From positions 55,814 to 119,813 of the forward strand of contig JBAMMA010000006.1 in assembly GCA_039794005.1 (NCBI GenBank): DNA of 64,000 nucleotides. The letters run 5' to 3'. Position 1 is the stretch's first letter. Each line of letters starts with the position of its first letter. A program made the position numbers and the translations under genes. Origin of the DNA: Thermoplasmata archaeon. GTDB lineage: Archaea; Thermoplasmatota; Thermoplasmata; Thermoplasmatales; ARK-15. A model generated the notes under the pieces. That model had not been told where the DNA came from. It saw only the letters and a program-made list of their open reading frames with translations, and ran no database searches. Of the stretch, positions 20,678 to 31,589 are shown piece by piece.

Positions 20678-23299
20678 ATGATGTCAGATCCATTAGACCT
20701 TGAAATTCTTCATAATAGAGGTTTTGTGAGAAAGAAGTGCGAAAAATGTGGAGCAACATTTTGGACTTCAGACCCAGATAGAAATACATGTGGTGAATTT
20801 CCATGCGATCCTTACATTTTTCTGGATAAAAGGATAATGAAAGAGGAAATTAATTTTTATGAAATGATGGATAAATTTATAGAATTTTTTAAAAGTAGAA
20901 ATCATGGAAAAATAGAAAGATTTCCCGTAGTTGCTAGATGGAGAAAGGATGTTTTTCTTGTAAATGCTTCTATATACGATTTTCAGCCACACATAACATC
21001 TGGAGAAGTCCCCCCACCTGCAAATCCTCTGGTTGTGGCACAGCCATGCATTAGACTTGTTGATATTGATGATGTAGGTAAAACAGGAAGACATTTAACA
21101 AGCTTTATCATGATGGCACACCATGCGTTCAACTATCCGGATAAATACGTATATTGGAAAGATGAAACGGTTTCATACGCCCTGGATTTTCTGGAAAGTT
21201 TAGGAATAGATAAAAATTATATAACTTTGAAGGAAAATCCGTGGACAGGAGGAGGGAATGGAGGATATGCATTTGAGGTAATAGTTGGAGGTCTTGAGGT
21301 GGCCACTCTTGTTTTCATGGAATTCATTGAGGATCCAAATGGTGATATTGAACTGAATGGCCAAAAATTTAGGAAAATGGATATAAGGGTTGTTGACACT
21401 GGATATGGATTGGAAAGGTTTGTCTGGGTATCTAAGTCATCACCCTCTATTTTCGATGCCATTTATTCAGACATAATAAATAGAATTTTAGAAATTTCAA
21501 ATAAAAAGTTTCCTGAATCTTACAATGAATTCATGAAAAGATTTGTTTCAATCAAAGACAAGAGTGAGGATGTATTGATTGAATGGGCAAAAAAAATAAT
21601 AATGGATCTCGGTTTGGATGATTCTTACATTGATTTTCTGAACTATATAAGGAAGATCGAGCTGATTGTAGACCATACGAGATCTGCTCTCTTTATGTTA
21701 AATGATGGGGCTGTACCATCTAACGTAAAATCCGGGTATCTTGCAAGATTTGTTCTAAGGAGGTTGTTTAGGGTTTTGGAGGAAACAAATTTGATCGGCC
21801 ATATGGATTACATATTTAAATTGGAAATGGAATATTTCAAGTCAATGCTTGATGAGGAGATGTTTCCAGTAATAATGGATATGGTAAAAGTTGAATATGA
21901 AAGATATAAAGAGAACATTAAAAAGTCCGAGAATATTATTGAAAAATACTTGCAAAAAGGGAATGTTGATTTAGATACACTGATACAACTTTATGATTCA
22001 TATGGTATTTTGCCTGAAATCGTTGCAGAAAAGGCAAAGGAAAAGGGGATTTTGATAAAAATACCGGAGAATTTTAGGTCTATCGTGGCATCTAAACATG
22101 AAAGGTCTCAGGAAAAAGAAAAGGAAAAGACGGTGAAATTAAATTTGAAACCAACCAGGACACTTTATTATGAAGACCCTTACATGAAAGAATTTGATGC
22201 GAATATAATATTCATAGGGGAAAATTTTGTGGTTCTGGATCAAACCGCATTTTACCCTGAAGGAGGAGGACAACCTTCAGATCTCGGTTATATGATGCAA
22301 GATGAAAAGAAATATTTTGTTAAGGATGTGCAAAAGTATGGAGATGTTATATTGCATTATTTAGAGAATGAAAATGAAATGCCAAGGATTGGAAAAGTTC
22401 ACGGAGTGATAAATTGGGATAGAAGGGCAAGGCTTATGAGAAATCATACTGCAACACACATTCTTTTACACAGCTGCAGAAAAATTTTAGGAAAACATGT
22501 GTGGCAAGCTGGTGCACAGAAAGATGTTTTATATTCCAGATTGGATATAACGCATTACAAGAGGATTTCCAATGAAGAAATAAGGCAAATTGAAAAGGAG
22601 GCCATGAAAATCATAACCGAATGCGTTCCTGTATCAGCGGAATGGATGGACAGGAATGAGGCTGAAAAACTTTATGGATTCAGGTTATATGAAGGTGGAA
22701 TTCCACCGGGCGAAAAAATCAGGGTTGTTAAAGTAGGCAATTACGATGCGGAAGGTTGTGGTGGCACACATGTTAAAAATACAGGTGAAATAGGTTTCAT
22801 AAAAATTATAAAGGAAGAAAAAATACAGGACGGTGTTTCAAGGATAATATTCACTTCCTGGCTTGGAGCCATTGAAGAGGTGCATAAAATAGAAAACATT
22901 CTAAATATATCTTCGGGTATTTTAAAAGTAGAACATGACAAATTGCCTAAGACGATTGAAAGATTTTTTGAAGAATGGAAAGAATTGAAGAAATATAAAG
23001 AAAAAATGCAGGAGAGGATCATTTATTATATAATAGAGGATATAAAAAATAAAAAAATAGATATAAAAAATGGCAAAATATCTTATGGTGAGGTGGAAAA
23101 GGATATTTTATTCAACGTTGCTAAACTGCTAAAGGAAAAAAAGATTGATGCCATTTTAAAATCTGAGAATCTAATAGGCATTGTAGATTCTGGAAACATT
23201 AAAATCCCAGAAAATATAAAATATAAGGACGTTGGATTTATAAAAATTATAGAGGGTGCAAAATTGGATGATGTTGTTTCAATGTTGGAGGTTAAATAA
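20678..23299 (+). CDS. alaS: Alanine-tRNA ligase (archaeal type)
   Basis: ASIYDFQP, QPCIR, DTGYGLER, editing motifs HTATH and CGGTH. Confidence 0.96.
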   Translation: MMSDPLDLEILHNRGFVRKKCEKCGATFWTSDPDRNTCGEFPCDPYIFLDKRIMKEEINFYEMMDKFIEFFKSRNHGKIERFPVVARWRKDVFLVNASIYDFQPHITSGEVPPPANPLVVAQPCIRLVDIDDVGKTGRHLTSFIMMAHHAFNYPDKYVYWKDETVSYALDFLESLGIDKNYITLKENPWTGGGNGGYAFEVIVGGLEVATLVFMEFIEDPNGDIELNGQKFRKMDIRVVDTGYGLERFVWVSKSSPSIFDAIYSDIINRILEISNKKFPESYNEFMKRFVSIKDKSEDVLIEWAKKIIMDLGLDDSYIDFLNYIRKIELIVDHTRSALFMLNDGAVPSNVKSGYLARFVLRRLFRVLEETNLIGHMDYIFKLEMEYFKSMLDEEMFPVIMDMVKVEYERYKENIKKSENIIEKYLQKGNVDLDTLIQLYDSYGILPEIVAEKAKEKGILIKIPENFRSIVASKHERSQEKEKEKTVKLNLKPTRTLYYEDPYMKEFDANIIFIGENFVVLDQTAFYPEGGGQPSDLGYMMQDEKKYFVKDVQKYGDVILHYLENENEMPRIGKVHGVINWDRRARLMRNHTATHILLHSCRKILGKHVWQAGAQKDVLYSRLDITHYKRISNEEIRQIEKEAMKIITECVPVSAEWMDRNEAEKLYGFRLYEGGIPPGEKIRVVKVGNYDAEGCGGTHVKNTGEIGFIKIIKEEKIQDGVSRIIFTSWLGAIEEVHKIENILNISSGILKVEHDKLPKTIERFFEEWKELKKYKEKMQERIIYYIIEDIKNKKIDIKNGKISYGEVEKDILFNVAKLLKEKKIDAILKSENLIGIVDSGNIKIPENIKYKDVGFIKIIEGAKLDDVVSMLEVK

Positions 23300-24966
23300 T
23301 GTTCAACGTACATGAAATAGATTCTATTGTTAGAAAATACTTTTCCGTTTATGAGGCAAAATTAACGCCTGAATATTTGGAATATAAGGTATTGATATAT
23401 CCATCACATAAAGAAACAATGAAACAATTCAGAATGTTGTGGAAGGAATTGAAAAGTTTTGAATATTTACCAACTTTGTCGGATGAAAAAGGTGAATACA
23501 TTATAAGGGTAATACCATTTCCACAACAAAAGGGATTTTCAATATGGGTAAACATAATTCTATTGATTGCAACACTCATATCAACAATTTTGGTGGGTGC
23601 TTCAAACTATGGAGGATATTTCAACGAATATTGGCTCAGCGCGAATTCGATCATAGGTGGAACATTATTTTTTGCTATTCCATTAATGGCAATACTTGGA
23701 TTACATGAACTCGGCCATTACTTTGCTTCAAAGAGGAATGGTGTAAGGGCATCCCTACCGTTTTTTATTCCTGCACCGACTATGGTAGGAACGCTTGGAG
23801 CATTCATATCAATAAGGGAACCAATACCCGATAGAAAAGCTCTTTTAGAAATAGGAGCTTCAGGTCCGATTGTTGGATTTATTGTGGCAATACCCATAGC
23901 AATATTCGGCAATTATCTGGGGAATATAATGCATCCAGTTATACAGGATTCAGCGACGAGAATGGTAATATATCCACCTCTAATATACAACATAATAAAT
24001 CTATTTGTTCCGGAGACTTCTTATATGTTTCCCATGGCGTTTGCCGCGTGGGTGGGATTTGTTGTTACAGCGATTAACCTTCTGCCCATAGGACAGCTTG
24101 ATGGTGGGCATATAGCGAGGGCCCTGCTTGGAAATAAATCAAAATATCTAAGCTATGCGTTCTTTGTATTCCTGCTAATAATTGGGTTATTCTATATAGG
24201 TTGGCTAATTTTTGCGCTTTTTGTCCTAATATTGGGACTTAATCACCCCCCTTCACTTAATGACGTGTCTAAAATTGAAAAGAAGGGATATACGATAGGA
24301 ATAATTTCAATATTGTTGATATCAGTTACTTTTGTACCGGTGCCGATAAATGAATATGTATTATATGAAAGGATAAATGTTCAGACTCCTAGCACGCAAG
24401 TTCCATTAATAATAAATTGCATTGAAAATTACACGGGAAAAATAATAATAAAGAATACGGGTGATAAGATTGAAAATGTTAGTGTAAATGTAATATCACC
24501 GTTAAAAGTTGATTATAAAAATTACATTGGAAATCTCTCTGTTAATTCTTCATGGATAGAATATTTCAACGTTAGCATAAATAACAATACAAAACCCGGG
24601 TTGTACAATGTAACGTTTATTTTCAAAACAATCCTTGAAAGTTATAGCGCTTATTATAACATGTCTATAATTGTATTTAATAAAACAAACAATATAAAAT
24701 TCATAAATCCAACATATTACACAAATGTATCAAAGATCAACGAATCTTTTATCTACACTGGAAATACAACTACGATGATAAAAATATGGCCCATTAACAA
24801 TGCATCGATTTTCATAAACAACATTTTGATGAATAATTCAGCACAGATAATGGTAAATCCAAACTCGATTACGAACATGACGATCTTGTTTAAAAATCCT
24901 GGAAACTACAATTTAATATTATATTATGATGAAAATGCTACATGCATGAGGATTAGCTATGTCTGA
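23299..24966 (+). CDS. Site-2 protease (M50) with Asn-rich C-terminal extracellular domain
   Basis: HELGH and NLLPIGQLDGGH motifs; multiple TM helices. Confidence 0.9.
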   Translation: MFNVHEIDSIVRKYFSVYEAKLTPEYLEYKVLIYPSHKETMKQFRMLWKELKSFEYLPTLSDEKGEYIIRVIPFPQQKGFSIWVNIILLIATLISTILVGASNYGGYFNEYWLSANSIIGGTLFFAIPLMAILGLHELGHYFASKRNGVRASLPFFIPAPTMVGTLGAFISIREPIPDRKALLEIGASGPIVGFIVAIPIAIFGNYLGNIMHPVIQDSATRMVIYPPLIYNIINLFVPETSYMFPMAFAAWVGFVVTAINLLPIGQLDGGHIARALLGNKSKYLSYAFFVFLLIIGLFYIGWLIFALFVLILGLNHPPSLNDVSKIEKKGYTIGIISILLISVTFVPVPINEYVLYERINVQTPSTQVPLIINCIENYTGKIIIKNTGDKIENVSVNVISPLKVDYKNYIGNLSVNSSWIEYFNVSINNNTKPGLYNVTFIFKTILESYSAYYNMSIIVFNKTNNIKFINPTYYTNVSKINESFIYTGNTTTMIKIWPINNASIFINNILMNNSAQIMVNPNSITNMTILFKNPGNYNLILYYDENATCMRISYV

Positions 24967-26068
24967 TATTTTCACCATAAATAGCACAAGTGGTAAGGCA
25001 AGGAGTGGCATTATTAAAACGCCTCATGGATATGTCAAAACACCAGTATTTATGCCAGTTGCCACAAAGGGAACAATAAAGACAATTCCATCATGGGATT
25101 TTAAATCGCTGAGGATAGAGATGATTATATCTAACGCATTCCATTTATATTTTAGGCCTGGGCTAGAAATTATTAAAAAGTTTGGAGGCCTACACAAATT
25201 CATAAACTTTGAAGGATCGATATTCACAGACAGCGGCGGTTTCCAAATGTCAAATGAAGACTTTTACTTTGGAATTAGGGAAAATGGAATAATATTTAGA
25301 GACCCGGTTTCAGGAGAGAAGATATTGTTTACTCCTGAACTTTCCGCAAAGATCCAGAATGAGATAGGTTCTGATATTGCCATGGCCCTGGATTATGTTT
25401 TGCCATACGGTAAAAGCAAAAGAAGAATGGAAGAGGCTGTAAAATTAACTTACAATTGGGCAAAATTGTTCAGGGAAAAAAGGGATGGTATTTCATTTGG
25501 AATTGTTCAGGGGGGAACATTTAAGGATCTCAGGGAAAGAAGTGCAAATGAAATAACATCTATAGATTTTGAAGGTTATGCAATAGGCGGATTATCTATG
25601 GGAGAGCCGAAGGAACTGATGATGGATATACTGGAATACACGGTAGATTTACTGCCAAGAGAAAAACCGAGATATTTTATGGGATTGGGATCCCCACTGG
25701 ACATTATAAAGGGGGTAATGTTAGGTATAGATATCTTTGATTCTGTATTTCCAACCAGAAACGCAAGGCATGGACTGGCATTGACATGGAATGGACCCAT
25801 AAATCTCAGAAAAAATTATCTAAAAGATAATTTCAATAAACTGGATGAAAGATGCGAGTGTAAAACATGCAATTTTTATAATATTTCATATATTCATCAT
25901 CTCTTCAAGGAAAATGAAATATTGGGGCTCTATTTATTAACAATCCATAACATAAATTTCATGATGGATTTAATGGAAAAGATAAGGGAAGGCATTGAAA
26001 AAAATACAATAAATGAATTATATGAAAAGTTAGAGGAGGCGTATGGTAAAAATGGTGATAAGAAATAA
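24959..26068 (+). CDS. tgt: Bacterial-type tRNA-guanine transglycosylase
   Basis: TPVFMPVAT, HLYFRPG, TDSGGFQ, FGIVQGG, IGGLSMGE, FDSVFPTRNAR, Zn site CECKTC..H; 369 aa with no PUA extension. Confidence 0.92.
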   Translation: MSDIFTINSTSGKARSGIIKTPHGYVKTPVFMPVATKGTIKTIPSWDFKSLRIEMIISNAFHLYFRPGLEIIKKFGGLHKFINFEGSIFTDSGGFQMSNEDFYFGIRENGIIFRDPVSGEKILFTPELSAKIQNEIGSDIAMALDYVLPYGKSKRRMEEAVKLTYNWAKLFREKRDGISFGIVQGGTFKDLRERSANEITSIDFEGYAIGGLSMGEPKELMMDILEYTVDLLPREKPRYFMGLGSPLDIIKGVMLGIDIFDSVFPTRNARHGLALTWNGPINLRKNYLKDNFNKLDERCECKTCNFYNISYIHHLFKENEILGLYLLTIHNINFMMDLMEKIREGIEKNTINELYEKLEEAYGKNGDKK

Positions 26069-27692
26069 AATCATTGAAAATAAGGATACATTGGTTGAAG
26101 AACTTTCTAAAATTGATGATGGAAGCGTAATAGCAATTGCCGGGTTCAACAATTCTGTTACCCCTTTGTACATTATGTATTCATTAATAGATTCATATAA
26201 AAAATATGGGAGGCCAAAAAACATATTTATTGAGGCAGACTCCTTCCCTGGAGTTCCAGGGACAGGCTTAGACATAATAATGAAAGAAATTTATGAAAAT
26301 AGGTGGAAAGATTTCATTTCGGGTATATTAATACCATATTTATATAGATCTGAATACCTACAAAGGCTTGCGATGGAAAATTATTTTGAAATATATAGCT
26401 TCAGCATAGGCATAACAACATCACTTTTCAGGGAACTGGGTTCAGGAAGACCTGGTGTTTTAACAAAGATAGGTCTTGGAACATTTCACGATCCAAGGCT
26501 TGATAATTCAGCGGTAAATGAAAAAGCGAGAATTAAAAAGAGGTGCAAGGCGGAATTGATTAATATAAATAATGAGGAATACCTTTTGTATACAGCACCA
26601 AAACCACAGATTGCATTTGTAAGGGCCACATCCTCGGACATTGATGGAAATCTTTCTATGGAGGAGGAGGGGATTTATGGTGCGACCTTGCCTGTGGTTT
26701 TGGCGACAAAGTCAAATCCTGGAGGAAAGGTATTTGCTCAGGTAAAATATGTAGTTTCTCAGAAAAGTAGATCCCCGAAGGAAATACATGTACCCGGGCC
26801 TCTCGTTGATTATATCGTTCATGCGCCAAAAGAATATGCTCCTCAGGGTTCAACAGTATATTACGATCCCATGATATCTGGCCAGAGCATACCTAATGAA
26901 ATAAAAATTAAATTTCCAAACAGGGAGATGGATGAGAGGTTCGTCATAAGGAGGAGGGTTGCTTACGAAATTGCAAAATTGATTGCACGTGAAAAGAGAG
27001 ACATAATAGTAAATTTTGGTACGGGCCTTCCAACAGAAATATCTTCCGTTTTGGCTGAGGAGGGCATATCTGAATGTATTCATACCACAGTTGAATCGGG
27101 ACCTTGGGGAGGTGTTGCATTAACCGGAAATGATTTTGGACTTTCATATGGCCCTTATTCAATAATACAACAGGCCGATCAATTTATCGTTTATGAGGGA
27201 GGAATTGCAGATTTGACATCACTAGGTTTTCTGGAGGTTGATAAAAATGGAAACGTGAATCCATCGTATACTGGCGAAAGGATACCTGGTCCGGGTGGAT
27301 TTTCTGACATATCGAGCGGAATTAATAGGATATATTTTGCTGGCGGTTTTACAGGAGGCGAAAGAGATATAAGAGTACATGAAAATAAATTAATAATAAA
27401 AAAGGATGGAGACATTATAAAATTCGTTGAAAGAGTGAAAAAGGTATTTTTCTCTGGGGAATATGCAATAAAAAGGAAAAAGGAAGTATTATACATAACT
27501 GAAAGGGCAGTATTTACCCTGACGGAAAGTGGGTTAAAATTGATAGAGATAGCCCCCGGGGTTGATATAGATAAGGACATTTTGGAAAAGATGGAATTCA
27601 AGCCAATTATTGATGAATATGATTTTATACCAGAGATTATATTTTCAAATAAAAAAATGAATTTAAAGGAAATATCAAATTGTTTGATATAG
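26043..27692 (+). CDS. Fused acyl-CoA:acetate/propionate CoA-transferase (YdiF/Pct type)
   Basis: TKIGLGTFHDPR, catalytic VESG, GNVN, YITERAVF, EIAPGVD. Confidence 0.88.
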   Translation: MVKMVIRNKIIENKDTLVEELSKIDDGSVIAIAGFNNSVTPLYIMYSLIDSYKKYGRPKNIFIEADSFPGVPGTGLDIIMKEIYENRWKDFISGILIPYLYRSEYLQRLAMENYFEIYSFSIGITTSLFRELGSGRPGVLTKIGLGTFHDPRLDNSAVNEKARIKKRCKAELININNEEYLLYTAPKPQIAFVRATSSDIDGNLSMEEEGIYGATLPVVLATKSNPGGKVFAQVKYVVSQKSRSPKEIHVPGPLVDYIVHAPKEYAPQGSTVYYDPMISGQSIPNEIKIKFPNREMDERFVIRRRVAYEIAKLIAREKRDIIVNFGTGLPTEISSVLAEEGISECIHTTVESGPWGGVALTGNDFGLSYGPYSIIQQADQFIVYEGGIADLTSLGFLEVDKNGNVNPSYTGERIPGPGGFSDISSGINRIYFAGGFTGGERDIRVHENKLIIKKDGDIIKFVERVKKVFFSGEYAIKRKKEVLYITERAVFTLTESGLKLIEIAPGVDIDKDILEKMEFKPIIDEYDFIPEIIFSNKKMNLKEISNCLI

Positions 27693-29152
27693 GGGTGAAA
27701 GGATTGGATAATATTAATGAATTGATTGAAAAATACAAGTCAATTGAGGCAATAAATCATGCAAAGAGGTTGATGTTTTGGGACATGGAGACGGTAATGC
27801 CGCCGTCTGGGATAGAGGAGAGGTCTGAAGTTTTATCAAATATTGAAAACTATCAAAAGAAGATGTATCTGGAATTGAAGGATCTGGTAGATAAAATTGA
27901 AGAGAATGATGATTATTCAGAGGCAATAAAAAGGATATTAAAAAAGCAAATACACTATTATTCATCATTGCCCGATGAAATCAACAGGGAGATCACAAAA
28001 ATATCTGCCATTGCAGAGAGTGTTTGGAAAATTGCCAAGAATAGAAATAATTTCAAAATTGTCGAACCATATTTAGAAAAAATTGTAGACTTGGAGATTA
28101 AAATAACCGAATACCTTGGATATAAAAAGCATCCGTATGATGCATTGCTTGATAATTATGAAGAAGATTTTACAGTTGATGATGGAGATAAAGTATTCGA
28201 TTATTTAATAAGAGAGACAAAAGGAATGATAGATAAGGTGATGGATAAAGAATTTTCAAAAACACAAAAAATAAAAAATGAAAAATATAAAAAGGAATGG
28301 ATGGTTTCAATATCGAATGATCTAAAAAATATATTCAAAATACCTGAAGACAAATTTAGGATTGATGAATCCGTTCATCCATTCACAATAAATATTTCAC
28401 CAGACGATGTTAGAATTACAACAAAATTTGAGCTTATTGACTTCAAAAAATCGCTTTTTGCAACAATACACGAAATGGGACATGCTATATATCTTTTAAA
28501 CATTAACAAGGAATATGGATGCACTCCATTATATTCATCGCCATCGTTTGGGTTTGATGAATCACAATCAAGGTTTCTTGAAAATTTCATAGGTAAAAGC
28601 AAAGAATTCACCGAATTTTTTTATCCAATTTTGAAAAGACATCTGCCATTCATTAAAAAATATGATACTGATGAAATATACTATTATTTCAACAATATAG
28701 ATAGAACGCCAATTAGAATTGATGCTGATGAATTGACTTATAATATTCATATTGCAATAAGGTATGATATTGAAAAGAATTTGATTGAAGGTAAATATAA
28801 AGTTAGTGAAATACCTGAAATATGGGATTCCAAAATGGAGGAATACCTGGGGATTAGGCCTAGGAATCACAAGGAGGGAATTCTTCAAGACATACACTGG
28901 TATCAGGGGAGTTTTGGTTACTTTCCAACATATACACTTGGAAACATAATAGCTGCAATAATATGGTATAAAATAGAAAATATCAGAGAACATTTAATGA
29001 ATGGTGATTTTGACCAAATCTTTGAATTTCTTAAAAATAATATACACATATATGGTGCCCTATACTCGCCAAAGGATTTGCTAAGAAGATCATTTAACGA
29101 AGATTATAATCCAGAATATTTAATAAAATATTTTAAAGAAAAATTTATTTAA
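27680..29152 (+). CDS. M32 carboxypeptidase
   Basis: HPF, HEMGH, ESQSRF, IRIDADE, QDIHW..GYFPTY. Confidence 0.93.
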   Translation: MFDIGVKGLDNINELIEKYKSIEAINHAKRLMFWDMETVMPPSGIEERSEVLSNIENYQKKMYLELKDLVDKIEENDDYSEAIKRILKKQIHYYSSLPDEINREITKISAIAESVWKIAKNRNNFKIVEPYLEKIVDLEIKITEYLGYKKHPYDALLDNYEEDFTVDDGDKVFDYLIRETKGMIDKVMDKEFSKTQKIKNEKYKKEWMVSISNDLKNIFKIPEDKFRIDESVHPFTINISPDDVRITTKFELIDFKKSLFATIHEMGHAIYLLNINKEYGCTPLYSSPSFGFDESQSRFLENFIGKSKEFTEFFYPILKRHLPFIKKYDTDEIYYYFNNIDRTPIRIDADELTYNIHIAIRYDIEKNLIEGKYKVSEIPEIWDSKMEEYLGIRPRNHKEGILQDIHWYQGSFGYFPTYTLGNIIAAIIWYKIENIREHLMNGDFDQIFEFLKNNIHIYGALYSPKDLLRRSFNEDYNPEYLIKYFKEKFI

Positions 29153-29287
29153 AAAGGTAAATATTTCTATTAAATTATATTGATAACATACTTTAAAATA
29201 AAAATTTTATTATTTTTATTTTCAATTTCAAATATAAATTAATTAAGTTTTCGAAAAATTTAAATAGTATATAAATATTTAATCTAT

Positions 29288-29575
29288 ATGTCTGAACTTG
29301 CCATCAAGGTGGGCAAGGTAATAGCTATTAGAGGAAACATGTTGATTGCAAAATCTTTCAAGGTTCCTAATGTTGGAGATGAGGTATACGATTCTAATGG
29401 AAAACTTGTGGGACGTATAATTAACATTTTTGGTCCAGTAAATTCACCGTATTTCAGAGTAAGGATAGAAAAGGGGAAGGAGGTAAAAGGTTATTTGTTT
29501 ACAAAAGGTGATAAAGATGGCGGAGGAAGAAAGGAAGGAAAAAAGGGACATAAGGAATTGGATAGAAGAGATTGA
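29288..29575 (+). CDS. gar1: H/ACA RNP protein Gar1/Naf1
   Basis: [12 protein letters not shown]; typical position upstream of tfb. Confidence 0.8.
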   Translation: MSELAIKVGKVIAIRGNMLIAKSFKVPNVGDEVYDSNGKLVGRIINIFGPVNSPYFRVRIEKGKEVKGYLFTKGDKDGGGRKEGKKGHKELDRRD

Positions 29576-30473
29576 TAAATGTCCTAAATGCGGTTCAACA
29601 CACCTCGCCAGAGATTATGAGAGAGGCGAATTGACCTGTCTAGACTGCGGTTTTGTCATTGATGAGGGATATATAGACCAGGGACCAGATTGGAGAGCTT
29701 TTGATGCAGAACAAAAAGAGGAAAGGGTTAGAACCGGAGCACCCATGACATATACAATACACGATAAGGGATTATCAACTGAAATTTCTTGGAAAAACAA
29801 GGATTCATATGGGAAAAATATTCCAACAAGAAACAGGTCTCAATTATATAGATTGAGGAAATGGCAAAGAAGGATAAAGGTTTCAAATGCTGCGGAGAGA
29901 AATCTTTCGCAGGCCCTCCAGGAACTTGAGAGAATGGCAAGCAATTTAAACCTTTCTAAGGAGGTAAGGGAAGCTGCCGCTGTAATATACAGGAAAGCCG
30001 TGAGGGAAAACATGATAAGGGGCAGGAGCATTGAAGGCGTTGTTGCAGCGAGCATATATGCCGCATGCAGGCAGTTAGGTATACCGAGGACACTTGAGGA
30101 AATTGCATCAATAACGAGAATAAAGAAGAAAGACATAGGGAGGATATTCAGGATAATGTCCAGGACTTTGAAGCTAGGTCTATTCCCATCAAAACCAGAG
30201 GAATATGTTGACAGGTTCTGCGCAAAACTTAATTTATCTCCAAAGGTAAAAAACAGGACAATGGAGATAATAAAAATGGCGGAAGAAAAGGGATTATCTT
30301 CTGGAAGAGGTCCAACAGGGCTTGTTGCGGCCGCCCTTTATATTGCATCCGTAATGGAAAATGAAAGAAGAACACAGAGGGAAATAGCAGAAGTAGCTGG
30401 AGTTACAGAAGTAACAATAAGAAACAGATACAAAGAGATGGCTGAAAAATTGGGTTTAAAAATAGATATTTAA
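29517..30473 (+). CDS. tfb: Transcription initiation factor IIB
   Basis: Zn ribbon [34 protein letters not shown]; GGTGA RBS before ATG 29517. Confidence 0.97.
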   Translation: MAEEERKEKRDIRNWIEEIDKCPKCGSTHLARDYERGELTCLDCGFVIDEGYIDQGPDWRAFDAEQKEERVRTGAPMTYTIHDKGLSTEISWKNKDSYGKNIPTRNRSQLYRLRKWQRRIKVSNAAERNLSQALQELERMASNLNLSKEVREAAAVIYRKAVRENMIRGRSIEGVVAASIYAACRQLGIPRTLEEIASITRIKKKDIGRIFRIMSRTLKLGLFPSKPEEYVDRFCAKLNLSPKVKNRTMEIIKMAEEKGLSSGRGPTGLVAAALYIASVMENERRTQREIAEVAGVTEVTIRNRYKEMAEKLGLKIDI

Positions 30474-30504
30474 AATTTTTAAAATTTATTTATATATCTT
30501 ATTA

Positions 30505-30518
30505 GAAAGCTTTATATA
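30505..30518 (+). promoter_or_regulatory. Candidate BRE/TATA promoter
   Basis: GAAAGCTTTATATA about 35-45 nt upstream of ATG 30552. Confidence 0.5.
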
Positions 30519-30551
30519 TTATTAACTATTATATATTTAAGGTGAAGTTTT

Positions 30552-30908
30552 ATGGTAGAATTTGATGAAAAGGATGAGGAGTTGGTAAAGGATCTTGTAT
30601 CCGCAGGTTTACAGAAAAATATTGCTAGGAGTTTGGTTTATTTAAAAAAGGTAGATGAGGCTACTTCAGTTGAAATTGAAAGGTCAGCAAAATTAAGGCA
30701 ACCAGAGGTATCAATAGCAATGCAGTGGCTGGAAAAGAAAGGTTGGATTACAAAAAGGGATATTAAGAAAGAGGGAAAGGGAAGACCGGTATATAAATAT
30801 AAATTGGCTAAATCCTTCAAGGACATTGTCAATGAAATTGAGAATGATTTAAAGGCAAAGATTGATGAAATACAAAAAGTAATACAGGATTTAAAATCAA
30901 TTACCTGA
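30552..30908 (+). CDS. Winged-HTH transcriptional regulator (TrmB/ArsR-like)
   Basis: LRQPEVSIAM..L..KGWI..GKGRP.Y.Y. Confidence 0.85.
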   Translation: MVEFDEKDEELVKDLVSAGLQKNIARSLVYLKKVDEATSVEIERSAKLRQPEVSIAMQWLEKKGWITKRDIKKEGKGRPVYKYKLAKSFKDIVNEIENDLKAKIDEIQKVIQDLKSIT

Positions 30909-31514
30909 TTTTCTATTTTTATATATTTTATATATTATATATATAAGTATTAGTATCCCTATTATAATAATAACAGGATCCAATGAAGATATGACATTTA
31001 CTATTATATTCCAGTTACTTCCAAGATAATATGCCGTGTAAGATAAAATTACACTCCATATGAGTGTTCCAAGGAATGTGTAAATTGAAAATTTTACTAT
31101 GTTCATTTTACCTATGCCTGCGGGCAGGGATATTATTCCCCTTATAACCGGTAAAAGTCTTGCTATAAAAACTGATTCAGGGCCATATTTATTAAACCAT
31201 CTCTCAGCCCTTTCAAGGTCTTCCTCGTATATGAAAAAATATTTACCATATTTTATTATCAATTCTCTTCCTCCAAAATATCCTATATAATATGCTATCA
31301 ATGAACCTGCCAATCCCCCCAGCGTTGAAAACATTATAACGAGGTAAATGTTCAAATAATTGAGATATGCGAGATATGCAGAAAATGGAATTATTACCTC
31401 GCTAGGCAATGGAAGCATTGCAGATTCCAATGTCATTAAAATGAATATACCAAGATATCCATGCTCTTTCAGATAATTTATTACGAAATTTACAACCACG
31501 GAAGATATCGACAT
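30897..31514 (-). CDS. DedA family membrane protein
   Basis: LESAMLPLPSE, WFNKYG, RLLPVIR..ISLPAG. Confidence 0.92.
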   Translation of the reverse strand: MSISSVVVNFVINYLKEHGYLGIFILMTLESAMLPLPSEVIIPFSAYLAYLNYLNIYLVIMFSTLGGLAGSLIAYYIGYFGGRELIIKYGKYFFIYEEDLERAERWFNKYGPESVFIARLLPVIRGIISLPAGIGKMNIVKFSIYTFLGTLIWSVILSYTAYYLGSNWNIIVNVISSLDPVIIIIGILILIYIIYKIYKNRKSGN

Positions 31515-31589
31515 CTTGAATTATCACCAAACAATGTTTCAAATAAAAAGCATAAATAAAAATTTATTTGTTTTAAAAAATTTAAAAAT

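Noticed and set aside
24959-26068. TGT as archaeosine arcTGT or DNA-modifying DpdA
   Set aside because: It lacks the PUA-containing extension, has bacterial tRNA-TGT motifs, and has no dpd or restriction genes nearby.
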